From the NCBI GenBank assembly GCA_028712375.1, contig JAQTQG010000004.1:5303-69302 (forward strand): a DNA stretch of 64,000 nucleotides. Direction: 5' to 3'. The notes under the pieces are model-generated. The model was not told the origin of the DNA. It worked only from the letters and a program-made list of their open reading frames with translations, and searched no databases. A program made the position numbers and the translations under genes. Below, one piece after another: positions 28,401 through 37,135 of this stretch. The number at the start of each line of letters is the position of its first letter. Position 1 is the stretch's first letter. This DNA is from Candidatus Omnitrophota bacterium. GTDB taxonomy: Bacteria; Omnitrophota; Gorgyraeia; Gygaellales; Profunditerraquicolaceae.

Positions 28401-28586
28401 TTACCTAAACAGACTAGTAAAACTCTAGTTAAACAGATAAAAGGGGAAAGCAATCCTTTGAAAATTCTTTTCAAGTTTAAGCAGGGGATCCCGCATAATT
28501 TCTTCTCTGAAGGATTTGTAGATAATCCATATTATAACACGGCTCCCAGAGAAGTTATTTTGTCAGAATATTTGATTAATAAATAA
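25419..28586 (+). CDS. Fusion of an N-terminal PLD-family (HKD) nuclease domain with an SNF2/SF2 helicase (DEAH box)
   Basis: 1055 aa. HKD motif DIHAKVYII...ITGSSNFS. Walker A LADVVGLGKTYI. DEAH box IFIDEAHRF. Helicase-C motifs ITTDILAEGVNLH...NYDIPWNPTRVLQRVGRVNR. Confidence 0.85.
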   Translation: MHTDLTFFTNEKDSTLLQRFKVTLENNTQFFDVLVGYFRTSGFFHLYKSLEKVEKIRILVGINVDRQTHDLTVKAKEDQLSIKFSHKEAKDTFSEQVAREMEESEDNVDVELGVQKFIEFIKSGKLQIRAYPSGDIHAKVYIIRKDINKSEDYGRVITGSSNFSYSGLHDNLEFNVELKDSRDVKYALEKFEELWKDGVDISEKYVETINEKTWLNDTIVPYELYLKFLYEYFKEKINEDMDSIYKDKRFLPEGFMDLEYQDEAVKDALTKLGDYGGVFLADVVGLGKTYISALLAQQLEGYTLVICPPVLMDYWHDTFRDFGVRGFEVESLGKLDKLIENGVEKYRNIFIDEAHRFRNETNQTYEKLKQICWGKRIILVSATPLNNTPFDILSQIKLFQKGHNSTIPNVRDLDKFFAGLQKKLKSVDRKEIKNYLKLVKENSLIIRENILKYLMVRRTRTEVLKYFKKDLQQQRLKFPEVAEPRRVYYQFDAQLDKIFMRTIELIKNFKYTRYMPLLYLKNPDPQEVSGQRNLGRFMRILLVKRLESSFYAFKMTLDRFIHSYDVFIKMLDKGTIYISKKHSEKIYEALENDDIDRIMELVEQDKVQKYEANDFGKPFRENLKDDLDILLEMKKLWDGVQADPKIDQFKSILTKDKILKENKLIIFTESKETAEYLDRNLRQEFGDKVISYSSKSSASVRETIIDNYDPKHKNQKDDIRVLITTDILAEGVNLHRANVVINYDIPWNPTRVLQRVGRVNRVDTKFDDIYVYNFFPSVQGNNEIKLEEAAIAKIQAFHDTLGEDAQYLTEGEEYTSHELFNRLNSQKLLAEGGEEDEDSELKYLSEIRDIRDNNAALYEKIKRLPKKARSAKVYPDFKEAVVTFFKKGKLRKIYIADAKEAKELDFFNAAVILKSENTKKKEKLAADFYKLLAQNKDQFKLATTEEAREFKQEGGRSNEITLVRTIKAIKKFSGFTDEDEEYLERVLKALEEGALPKQTSKTLVKQIKGESNPLKILFKFKQGIPHNFFSEGFVDNPYYNTAPREVILSEYLINK

Positions 28587-28587
28587 G

Positions 28588-31500
28588 ATGAAAAATCTGG
28601 TAAGGCAGACCTTAGAGAGAGATTTTGATCTTCCGCAATATACCGAATTCGTAAAAAATCTATTTAATGAGATTCAAATTCAGCCCCAAGAAATCAAAGT
28701 CCCTGACAGCTCTCAAGAATTTATCAAGAAAATAACATTTCTTTCTGAATTCTCTGATACTCAGAAGAAAACCATAGATGTTTATGCAGTTGAGCTTGTC
28801 GGCGGCACAAAAGTAGAGCGCGCCCGTTCCTTTCAACGTAACATTATTTCAAAACTGCTCAAGGATAACACTAAAGACGCTGGATTAGTGGCTTTTTACT
28901 CTAAGGATAACCCTGACTGGCGGCTATCTTTTATTAAACTGGACTATAAACTGACTGAAAAGGGCGTTAAAGTTGAAGTCGGTACTCCCCCTAAGCGTTA
29001 TTCCTTCCTGGTAGGCAAATCAGAGCCTTCTCACACTGCTCAGAAGCAACTTTTGCCAATCCTGGAAGATCAAAAGAGTAATCCGCTACTTTCAGATTTG
29101 GAAGTAGCTTTCAGTGTTGAAAGAGTAACCAAGGAATTCTACGAGCGCTACAGAAAATTATTCGAAGAGCTCTCTAAAGACTTAAAGAAAAATAAAGCAT
29201 TTCAGATCATTGCTGAAAAAGAAAATATTGATATTGATAACTTTGCTAAGAAATTACTTGGTCAGATAGTATTTTTATATTTTCTGCAGAAAAAGGGTTG
29301 GATAGGAGTGCCCCAGGATAAGTCATGGGGTCAGGGAGATAAGTTCTTCTTGACGCATCTGTTTAGCAAAGCGAAAGCCGGGAAACAAGATTTCTATGAT
29401 CATTATCTTGAGCCTCTTTTCTACGATACGTTGAATAATCCACGTCGCGATGAGGTCGACCCCGCATACTCGCGTTATTTTGACTGTAAAATCCCATTCT
29501 TAAACGGCGGTTTATTTGAGCCTGACTATGATTGGAAAAATACCCTTGTTTATCTTGGAAATGATATTTTTGAAGAAATCATTGATACTTTTGATCTTTA
29601 TAACTTCACTGTTAAAGAAGATGAACCGCTGGAAAAAGAGGTTGCGGTTGACCCGGAGATGTTGGGTAAGGTCTTTGAGAATCTTCTTCTTGAGAACATG
29701 CGCAAAGGCCAGGGCGCGTATTATACGCCCAGAGAAATTGTGCATTATATGTGCCAGGAAAGCCTCATTAATCATTTAAATACGGAAACTAAAGTTGATG
29801 CCGACAGAATAAGAAAGTTGATCGCTTTTAAAGATGAAGATTTGGTAAATGGCAATGGTTCGCGAAAAAAAGCCTTGGGATTTTCTGATGGTGAGGCTCA
29901 AAGCCTTGACTGGGCCTTAGCAAATATTAAAGTGTGCGATCCTGCCTGTGGTTCAGGAGCTTTCTTAGTGGGTATGCTTAATGAAATCGTCAGCGCCAGG
30001 CGAATTCTAGAACCGCGCTCGGAATATAAGCTCAAGAAGGAAACGATTCAGGAATGTATCTATGGCGTTGATATTGATCCCGGCGCAGTAGATATCGCGA
30101 AACTTCGCCTTTGGTTAAGTTTAGTTGTTGATTTCGAACTCAGGGATATTGAGCCTTTACCGAATTTGGATTATAAGATAATGTGTGGCAATAGCTTAAT
30201 TGAAGAGTTGATTGTTGGGGAAGAATCAATCAAGTTATTTGACGAGCGGCTGTTAAACATTAAAGAATTTAAAAACACTCCTCCGCAAGATGTGAGACTG
30301 GAAGAATTAAAAGAACAGTTTAAGGAGAAGCAGAAAGAATTACTTGAACTGCATGCCATGAATAAGCTTAGTATGGTGAAGAAAAATGAGCTTGATCTTC
30401 AGATTCGAACAATCAGTAAGGAACTTAACCCTATAGCGAAAAAAACAAAGTCTGAACCGTATCATCCGGTTTTATTTACTGATCAGGCAGATATATATTT
30501 TCAACGTCTTCGAGAGTTGCATAGACAGTTTTTTACCGAATATGATCCAATCAAAAAGAAGGGTCGGCGTAAGCAGATTGAAGAGATTGAGCTCGAGTTT
30601 ATTAAAAGCTCGATTAAAGAAAAAGTGGATGAGCTTGACTCAAAGATTCAAAATCTGAATATGCAAGATTCGCGAGATAGAAATAAACAAGCAGTATTGA
30701 TGAAAAAAAAGCTTGAATATTTAGCTGTTCCGGATCAGATGCGCAATTCAAAAACGAAGCCATATTTCTTGTGGAAGATGAATTTTTTCGAAGTATTCCA
30801 GGAAAAAGGTGGATTTGATGTTGTAATAGCTAATCCACCGTACGATGTTTTAAATGAAGCAGGAAACAATAGAGATCAAAGAAATTTCCTAGATTTAATT
30901 AAAAGGGGGAGATTATTTGAACATTCCCTCGGAGGAAAAATTAATCTATTTAGACTATTTATAGAAAAGGGATTTTATTGCACAAGAAAAAATGGTTTCC
31001 TGACCTATATAGTACCAAGTACGATATTAGCAGATAAAGGAACTACAAATATACGAAAATTGTTGGCGAATAATACAACAGTAAGGTTCTTTTTAGAGTT
31101 TCCCGAAAAAAGTAAAGTGTTCGAAAGCGTTACGCAGGCAGTAGCTATTTTCTTGTTTCAAAAAAAAATCGAGAATAATAATTTCTTTATCTCAACAAAC
31201 ATTCAATCTCAAAACTTGCCTCCGGAAGAAAAATTTTTTACTAACTGGTTAGAAATAAAACAGATTTCAGGAGACGACTTAGCCATTCCTTTGGTCAAGA
31301 ATGCTAAAGAATACGCAGTTTTAGGTAAAATGCTGACCAATAATATACCTTTGGGCAAACTAGTGGAAATTAAGCAAGGCGATATTAATTTAACTTTTCA
31401 TAAAATGTTTCTGTCCGATAAGCCATCGGAAAGAATTTTGGTAAGAGGAGAACATATTCAAAGGTTTCGCGTTAATTTAGATACATTAGATAAGGATCGT

Positions 31501-32028
31501 AGATGGGTCGATTGGGAAGCAATGAAAAGAGAATTAGGGGAACTTAAAATTGAAACAATAAGGATAAATTCTAGCGTTGAACGTATTGTTCTCCAGCAGG
31601 TTGCAAATATGGGTCTAGAGAGAAGGATTGTTGCTTCAATTATTCCCCGAGACGTTATTGTCGGAAATTCAGCTAATTTTATAATACCTAGGAAAGATTA
31701 TGAACGTGTTGATATGCAATCGATATTAGCCATATTATCATCCAAAGTTATAAACTGGAAATTTAAAAAAACTAGTACAAATAATCATGTAAATATATAC
31801 GAATTAGAAAATCTTCCATTTCCCAAGCAGCTTTTAAAAGAGAAAAATGATTATCTTGGTAAATTGGTTACAGAAATTCTTAATATTACGCGAGAGGAAA
31901 GCTATTTGGCTAATGCCAGCATGCAAGCTAAGGTCAAAGAATATGATCGTCTGATCGACCAAATCGTATATAAACTTTATGGACTTACTCTTGATGAAAT
32001 TAAACTAGTAGAGAATTTCAATAAATGA
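28588..32028 (+). CDS. Large gamma-class N6-adenine DNA methyltransferase with C-terminal TRD-like region (Eco57I/PglX/DrmMI-like)
   Basis: 1146 aa. IPFLNGGLFE helical-domain motif. Motif X GAYYTPREIV, motif I DPACGSGAFL, LPNLDYKIMCGNSL, and motif IV VIANPPYDV. Start is 1 nt after the upstream stop (translational coupling). Confidence 0.85.
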   Translation: MKNLVRQTLERDFDLPQYTEFVKNLFNEIQIQPQEIKVPDSSQEFIKKITFLSEFSDTQKKTIDVYAVELVGGTKVERARSFQRNIISKLLKDNTKDAGLVAFYSKDNPDWRLSFIKLDYKLTEKGVKVEVGTPPKRYSFLVGKSEPSHTAQKQLLPILEDQKSNPLLSDLEVAFSVERVTKEFYERYRKLFEELSKDLKKNKAFQIIAEKENIDIDNFAKKLLGQIVFLYFLQKKGWIGVPQDKSWGQGDKFFLTHLFSKAKAGKQDFYDHYLEPLFYDTLNNPRRDEVDPAYSRYFDCKIPFLNGGLFEPDYDWKNTLVYLGNDIFEEIIDTFDLYNFTVKEDEPLEKEVAVDPEMLGKVFENLLLENMRKGQGAYYTPREIVHYMCQESLINHLNTETKVDADRIRKLIAFKDEDLVNGNGSRKKALGFSDGEAQSLDWALANIKVCDPACGSGAFLVGMLNEIVSARRILEPRSEYKLKKETIQECIYGVDIDPGAVDIAKLRLWLSLVVDFELRDIEPLPNLDYKIMCGNSLIEELIVGEESIKLFDERLLNIKEFKNTPPQDVRLEELKEQFKEKQKELLELHAMNKLSMVKKNELDLQIRTISKELNPIAKKTKSEPYHPVLFTDQADIYFQRLRELHRQFFTEYDPIKKKGRRKQIEEIELEFIKSSIKEKVDELDSKIQNLNMQDSRDRNKQAVLMKKKLEYLAVPDQMRNSKTKPYFLWKMNFFEVFQEKGGFDVVIANPPYDVLNEAGNNRDQRNFLDLIKRGRLFEHSLGGKINLFRLFIEKGFYCTRKNGFLTYIVPSTILADKGTTNIRKLLANNTTVRFFLEFPEKSKVFESVTQAVAIFLFQKKIENNNFFISTNIQSQNLPPEEKFFTNWLEIKQISGDDLAIPLVKNAKEYAVLGKMLTNNIPLGKLVEIKQGDINLTFHKMFLSDKPSERILVRGEHIQRFRVNLDTLDKDRRWVDWEAMKRELGELKIETIRINSSVERIVLQQVANMGLERRIVASIIPRDVIVGNSANFIIPRKDYERVDMQSILAILSSKVINWKFKKTSTNNHVNIYELENLPFPKQLLKEKNDYLGKLVTEILNITREESYLANASMQAKVKEYDRLIDQIVYKLYGLTLDEIKLVENFNK

Positions 32029-32072
32029 ATTGGAGAAGCCTAGGGCATAGTTTGTAATAAAGGAGGAAGTTG

Positions 32073-32930
32073 ATGCTTAATTTGCTTTTGACGGATAAGC
32101 CAGAGATCCGCAAGATGGAATTTGTATTTTGTCGGTTTCATTTCGAAGGATTATTCTCTCAGGATGTACTTACCAGAATGAAGGAATTCTTAATGAAATC
32201 AGAAGAAAAATCAATAGAAGAAGAAAGATTTAAGTGGGCTTTTGGAGATGTTGGAATCCAAAGCATCAATAATGATGAAATAATCTATGGAAGGCTTGGT
32301 AGGACGATTAAACAGAAATTCGGGACAGTATACGATCAAAATAAGCACTCCTATAAGAAAGATCTAATAAAAAGTAGTGAAGCGGCATATTCAAACTTTT
32401 TTATAATGCCAAAATTTAACATAATAGCTTTAGAGGATAAGTATAATTTAACTAAAAAGTTATTCATTAGTAAGTTTAAGGAATTTTGGGATAAAAATGA
32501 CTATACCGACATAAAATTTGAATTTTTAAAAGATGAAATAGAAATATTTGATTTAGTCAAGAGCTGGGATAGGCTTTCTCGCGCAACATTTGATTTGGTT
32601 CCTTCTAATCCTAGTTCACGAGACGACTGGAAAGAAGTTGATGAAATAATCCGAAAAGCTGAGGCCAAAAGAGCTAAATTAGAATTTGAAAATAGAGAAA
32701 AGGGTTTAGCGAAACAAGGAAGCGTTATTCAAAAAAGCATGTCTATGGCAGCAGATGGGTATGGAGAATTTAAGTTAAAAGGATGGATAGGTAATGTTGG
32801 CCAAACCTTCAATTCTTTATCAACAATAATCAAAAAGGAAATACATAGTGTAGATGAATTACCTGCGATTTTAGGGCAGCTATATAAAGAAATCAAAAAG
32901 ATTTTGGAAAGGAAAAAGGAGAATGGGTGA
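32073..32930 (+). CDS. Hypothetical protein (unknown family), first of four small genes downstream of the MTase
   Basis: ATG at 32073 with AGGAGG RBS. The track lists a TTG at 32070. Lys/Glu-rich soluble protein. No motif recognised. Confidence 0.4.
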   Translation: MLNLLLTDKPEIRKMEFVFCRFHFEGLFSQDVLTRMKEFLMKSEEKSIEEERFKWAFGDVGIQSINNDEIIYGRLGRTIKQKFGTVYDQNKHSYKKDLIKSSEAAYSNFFIMPKFNIIALEDKYNLTKKLFISKFKEFWDKNDYTDIKFEFLKDEIEIFDLVKSWDRLSRATFDLVPSNPSSRDDWKEVDEIIRKAEAKRAKLEFENREKGLAKQGSVIQKSMSMAADGYGEFKLKGWIGNVGQTFNSLSTIIKKEIHSVDELPAILGQLYKEIKKILERKKENG

Positions 32931-33468
32931 AAGCAATTATGATTTAAAAAATTTATTCAAAAAATATGGGGGTTGGGTTAGAATATTCAAGTCTTTTGAT
33001 TTCATTTTTGCTTTCATCTTTGCTATGTTTGTTTTTTGTTATATGACATGGCCTGATGCTACTGGTCGGGGTTATTTCGCCAAAGAATTGGCCTCAGTTT
33101 TATTAAACATCTCTGCCAGTTTATTCGGAATATTATTTGCAGCCTTCGCAATTATACTTTCGCTATCTGATGAAAAATTCATAAAATTCCTAAGAAAGCA
33201 TAATGTGTTGGATAAGATTCTATTTCCATTTTGGTTTATTTCTTTTTTGTACATAATTAATATAGCTCTCGATATTTTAATAAAATTCTTTCCTGATAAT
33301 ATTGCCAAATATTTTACTACTATTTCTATTTTACTATTCTTTTGGGCTATTTTTGGTACGGCATATCTTATTAGTGATACAGTTTCTTTCGGGATAAGAA
33401 GGGCAGATTATTTAGAATTTGAGAAAGAAATAGGGGAATTAACGAAAGATACAAAGCAGACGCGATAA
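32923..33468 (+). CDS. Hypothetical multi-pass membrane protein
   Basis: 181 aa. About 4 hydrophobic segments. Overlaps the upstream gene by 8 nt. Confidence 0.4.
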   Translation: MGESNYDLKNLFKKYGGWVRIFKSFDFIFAFIFAMFVFCYMTWPDATGRGYFAKELASVLLNISASLFGILFAAFAIILSLSDEKFIKFLRKHNVLDKILFPFWFISFLYIINIALDILIKFFPDNIAKYFTTISILLFFWAIFGTAYLISDTVSFGIRRADYLEFEKEIGELTKDTKQTR

Positions 33469-33522
33469 ATGTACGCTTTACGTCTTAATGTAAAAATGTC
33501 TTATAGCTGAGATGGAGGGGGT

Positions 33523-34140
33523 ATGGACGAAAAATTACAGAATATCACAGTATTAGAGAATATGCATAAGTTATTTCTTGAAGCTTTGCGTCATCGTGAA
33601 CAAGAAATTTTTCATTATCTTGCCATACTCGGCCCAGCACTTGTTGGTTTTGGATGGATTTTATATTATCGAGAAGGGCGTGCTGTTGAATTCGCTTGTG
33701 TGACAATAGTAGTTTTAGCACTTTTATTGCTAGGAGCGATTTATTCTTTGGCTTTAGGATACAACTATCGGTATATTGTTCTGGAATTAGCCAAATTGGA
33801 AGCGGTGTTAAAGATTAAGAATGCTATGCTTGTTGGTTGGCCTAGATCGAGAGAAGAATTTCTCTTGCGGTACAGGTTTTTACGCTATATCCCATGGTGC
33901 ACACCTCCCGAGATAATTAAAGTCTTTTGGTGGGCTTTCTTAGTAGCGATAATTTTAGTAATGATGATAGCTTATAAACTTAATCATAGTTATAATAATC
34001 TGATGCTTGGATTTGGGTTACTTTGTTTAGTACTAGGTTCTTTTCTGTTTCCAATCTATTTCGGTCGTAAGTTACGAAAAAATTGTAAACAAGAACCAGA
34101 AGCTTGGATAGAAGAAAGTACAAAAAGCAAGATTGCATGA
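33523..34140 (+). CDS. Hypothetical multi-pass membrane protein
   Basis: 205 aa with ~4 predicted TM segments. Basic C-terminus. Confidence 0.4.
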   Translation: MDEKLQNITVLENMHKLFLEALRHREQEIFHYLAILGPALVGFGWILYYREGRAVEFACVTIVVLALLLLGAIYSLALGYNYRYIVLELAKLEAVLKIKNAMLVGWPRSREEFLLRYRFLRYIPWCTPPEIIKVFWWAFLVAIILVMMIAYKLNHSYNNLMLGFGLLCLVLGSFLFPIYFGRKLRKNCKQEPEAWIEESTKSKIA

Positions 34141-34209
34141 GATTTTCGATAGACAAAATAAGTAAAATTAGCATTTTAGTCTAAGTAGTTATCGTAGAGA
34201 GCGCTTATT

Positions 34210-34680
34210 ATGGGACGATGGGAACGAAAAGACGTGCCTCATAAAGGATGGATTTGCGTTGATTACTATGATTTACATGCAAATGGAGAAGTAGGGTATG
34301 CTACTTGCGAGATGTGTAACAATGAAAGAATTAGATATATTCATATAATGCGTCATGAAAGTTATGCTAAAGAGTTAAAAGTTGGTTGTATATGTGCAGA
34401 AAAGATGGCTGACGACTATGTGGGGCCTAAAAGTCGGGAAAAACTACTCAAAAATCGATCAATTCGCCGCAAGAATTGGTTAAAAAGAAATTGGAGACAA
34501 TCTTCGCGGGGGAATGATTATTTGAATGTAGACGGGCACAATGTTACTATTTTTCCAGATAAAAACAGGGCTGAGCATTGGAAATTTAAGATAGACGATG
34601 ATTTTAGTTTAAAAAGCTATGTCGAAAAGAATCAGGCGAAGATAGCGGCTTTTGATGCGTTAATGAAGAAGCGAGAATGA
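34210..34680 (+). CDS. Hypothetical Cys-containing protein (possible zinc-binding)
   Basis: 156 aa. C...CEMC...CIC spacing. No family recognised. Confidence 0.35.
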   Translation: MGRWERKDVPHKGWICVDYYDLHANGEVGYATCEMCNNERIRYIHIMRHESYAKELKVGCICAEKMADDYVGPKSREKLLKNRSIRRKNWLKRNWRQSSRGNDYLNVDGHNVTIFPDKNRAEHWKFKIDDDFSLKSYVEKNQAKIAAFDALMKKRE

Positions 34681-34747
34681 TTGCTCACCAAAAGGGAGTA
34701 TCCCTTTTTCATATACAACTCAAAGGGTATATGTTAAGTGGGGCTTT

Positions 34748-34826
34748 GGGCGGCTGGTGGAATGGCAGACACACAAGCCTTGAAAGCTTGTGGACTTAGG
34801 TCCGTGAGGGTTCGACTCCCTCGCCG
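34748..34826 (+). tRNA. tRNA-Ser (anticodon TGA)-like gene with a non-complementary 3' acceptor strand. Possibly truncated, a pseudo-tRNA, or an att junction.
   Basis: 5' acceptor gggcggc, then tg. D-arm gtg/gaatggcaga/cac. Anticodon arm caagc-cttgaaa-gcttg (TGA at positions 34-36). Long variable arm ggac-tta-gtcc. T-arm gaggg-ttcgact-ccctc. The following 7 nt are gccggaa, not the expected gccgccc. Confidence 0.55.
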
Positions 34827-34884
34827 GAAATTATTTGAAAGATTAACATAGATTTTTCAATTGATTCAAGCAGGAGGCATAGGA

Positions 34885-36153
34885 ATGGCCGAACAAACTA
34901 TCATTTGTCCTTTTTGTAAGAAAGAAATTCCGTTAACTCAGGCTATCACTCAGAAAATTGGAGCAGACCTGCGTAAGGAGATGGAGGAAGATTTCGCTAA
35001 GCGTGACAGTGAATTGTCAGGCCGAGAAAATACGCTGGTTGCTAAAGAGCAGGCAGTAGCTAAGTCGGCGCAAGAGGTAGATAAGAAAATTGAGGATGAG
35101 GTCGCTCGAAAACTTGTCCTTGAGAGAGAAACAATACTTAAAGAGGCAAAAAAGAAAGCAGAGGAAGAAAATTCCTTGCAACTCAAGGTTCTTCAGGAAG
35201 ATTTGCATTCGAAAGATAAGCAGCTTCAGGAAACGCAGAAAAACGAACTTCTGCTTAGAAAACAAAAGTCTGATTTGGAAGCAAGAGAAAGAAATGTAGA
35301 TTTGGAAGTTGCCAGAAAGATTGATTCTGAACGGGCTAATATTTTCTCCGAAGCGTCCCAGAAGGTTGCTGAAGATTTTCAGTTAAAGGATAAGGATAAA
35401 GACAAGAAAATAGCGGATTTGAGAAGCCAGATAGAAATACTTAATAGAAAGATGGAGCAAGGATCGCAACAGGCCCAGGGAGAGGTTTTAGAGATTGAAT
35501 TGGAGCAGATGCTTAAGTCCGCTTTTCCTTATGATGTTATCGAGGCGGTGCCTAAAGGGATTAAGGGCGCAGATGTTTTGCAGAAAGTTAATAATCCTAT
35601 GGGGCAGTATTGCGGAACAATCATTTGGGAGTCTAAGCGGACAAAAGGCTGGAACGACGATTGGATAGACAAGCTAAAAGATGACCAAAGGGAAGTTAAA
35701 GCGGATATCGCGGTTTTAATGAGTATCACGCTTCCTAAAGAGATTAATGGTTTTGCTCAAGCAAAAGGTGTCTGGGTGACAAGTTATCCTTTGGCTATTG
35801 CGCTTGCCGTGGCATTGCGAGGAAGTCTTGTGGAAGTTGCCAATGCCAAGCAATCTGCGGTCGGTAAGGCCGAGAAGATGGAAGCGATTTATAACTATCT
35901 TTCCGGCACAGAATTTAAGCAAAAGGTCGAGGCTATTGTAGAGGCCTTTGCAACCATGCATTCTGATTTGGCTAAAGAAAAAGCTGCTATGGAGAAGCTT
36001 TGGGGAAAACGAGAGCAGCAGATTAAGAAGGTTATGCTCAATACGGCTAGGATGTATGGAGATATGCAAGGTATAATTGGTGCGTCTTTACCGGAGATTA
36101 AGAGCTTAGAGTTAAAATCTTTAGCTGATGAAACAGAAGAAAAAGCAGAATAA
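34885..36153 (+). CDS. DUF2130-like protein (N-terminal zinc ribbon, central coiled coil, conserved C-terminal domain)
   Basis: ATG at 34885 after AGGAGG. CPFCKKEIPL zinc ribbon. Long K/E-rich coiled coil. C-terminal IIWESKRTKGWNDDWIDKLKDD block recalled as DUF2130-like. Confidence 0.5.
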   Translation: MAEQTIICPFCKKEIPLTQAITQKIGADLRKEMEEDFAKRDSELSGRENTLVAKEQAVAKSAQEVDKKIEDEVARKLVLERETILKEAKKKAEEENSLQLKVLQEDLHSKDKQLQETQKNELLLRKQKSDLEARERNVDLEVARKIDSERANIFSEASQKVAEDFQLKDKDKDKKIADLRSQIEILNRKMEQGSQQAQGEVLEIELEQMLKSAFPYDVIEAVPKGIKGADVLQKVNNPMGQYCGTIIWESKRTKGWNDDWIDKLKDDQREVKADIAVLMSITLPKEINGFAQAKGVWVTSYPLAIALAVALRGSLVEVANAKQSAVGKAEKMEAIYNYLSGTEFKQKVEAIVEAFATMHSDLAKEKAAMEKLWGKREQQIKKVMLNTARMYGDMQGIIGASLPEIKSLELKSLADETEEKAE

Positions 36154-36538
36154 AATTAATTGCTTAAAACGGAAGGATATACCTGTGATCACGTTAAAGG
36201 TATATGGAGAAACACGTTGTTCAACAAAAGAAAATTGGCAGAAAGTCATTTGTTTTGTTTCTTATTGTTGTTTCTCTAAGCATAGACAGATTGTTGAGAA
36301 CTCGTTTCAGGATTATCTAAAGTTAGATTTAGATGACATGAGGGAAAATCATTCCGAGCTTTTTTTAGAACCGCACAATATTGGGAGAGCGATATTGCTC
36401 TATCATTATTTTAGGGAAAGACACCGTTTCTTTAAAGATAATCATTGGGAATATGAGAATCCTGAATCAATACCTATTCGTGAGCCCGATACTGAAGGGG
36501 AAGATTATAAGCTTTGGGTTTGTGAAGATGAAAATTGA
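36128..36538 (+). CDS. Hypothetical protein
   Basis: 136-aa ORF overlapping the previous gene's end. No recognisable motif. Confidence 0.3.
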   Translation: MKQKKKQNKINCLKRKDIPVITLKVYGETRCSTKENWQKVICFVSYCCFSKHRQIVENSFQDYLKLDLDDMRENHSELFLEPHNIGRAILLYHYFRERHRFFKDNHWEYENPESIPIREPDTEGEDYKLWVCEDEN

Positions 36539-36585
36539 GTTGTTTAATTTGAAAATAATGAAGACTTTTTATTTAAAATGATAAG

Positions 36586-37071
36586 ATGAAAAGAAACGCA
36601 ATTCCCGACAGTTTAAGGCAACTTTTATTTCAAGAGGCTAATTTTCAGTGTGCTTATTGTGGGCATCGTGATGGCTTAAATTTAACCTGTCATCATATTA
36701 AATCTAGCGGGGAAAAGGGAGAAACTCATTACAATAATTTGATAGCTTTATGCTATAACTGCCATAATAGGATACATGAGTCCAAAACAATAAACGATAG
36801 CGATATTAGAAGAATAAAACGACACTTAGTCCATAATTTTTTAACTCAATCTGGAGTAAACGCATTAAAGATAGCATATAATGATATAGACGGTTTTGTT
36901 TATGCCGTGCCTTCTTTATTGGATCATCTTGAGGAAAGGGGTTTAATAGAATCTGAGAGCATAGGGTATTCAGCAAAGATAAAAATAAGTACCCCGGCCA
37001 TTAATAATGTTCGTTATAGAATTACTGATGAAGGTAAAAGATTGTATGAAATTTGGCTTAAATCAAAATAA
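36586..37071 (+). CDS. HNH endonuclease
   Basis: CAYCGH...CHHI...NLIALCYNCHNRIH HNH/zinc motif. Confidence 0.75.
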   Translation: MKRNAIPDSLRQLLFQEANFQCAYCGHRDGLNLTCHHIKSSGEKGETHYNNLIALCYNCHNRIHESKTINDSDIRRIKRHLVHNFLTQSGVNALKIAYNDIDGFVYAVPSLLDHLEERGLIESESIGYSAKIKISTPAINNVRYRITDEGKRLYEIWLKSK

Positions 37072-37135
37072 ATTAATAGTTGTTTTGTATCTAACTGGTA
37101 GAAAGCATATTCGTAGGTTTTAGTAGACGAGAACC

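Noticed and set aside
29512-29779. Pair of overlapping small ORFs (both strands) inside the MTase gene
   Set aside because: Embedded in the well-supported MTase reading frame around its YTP motif. The products have no features.
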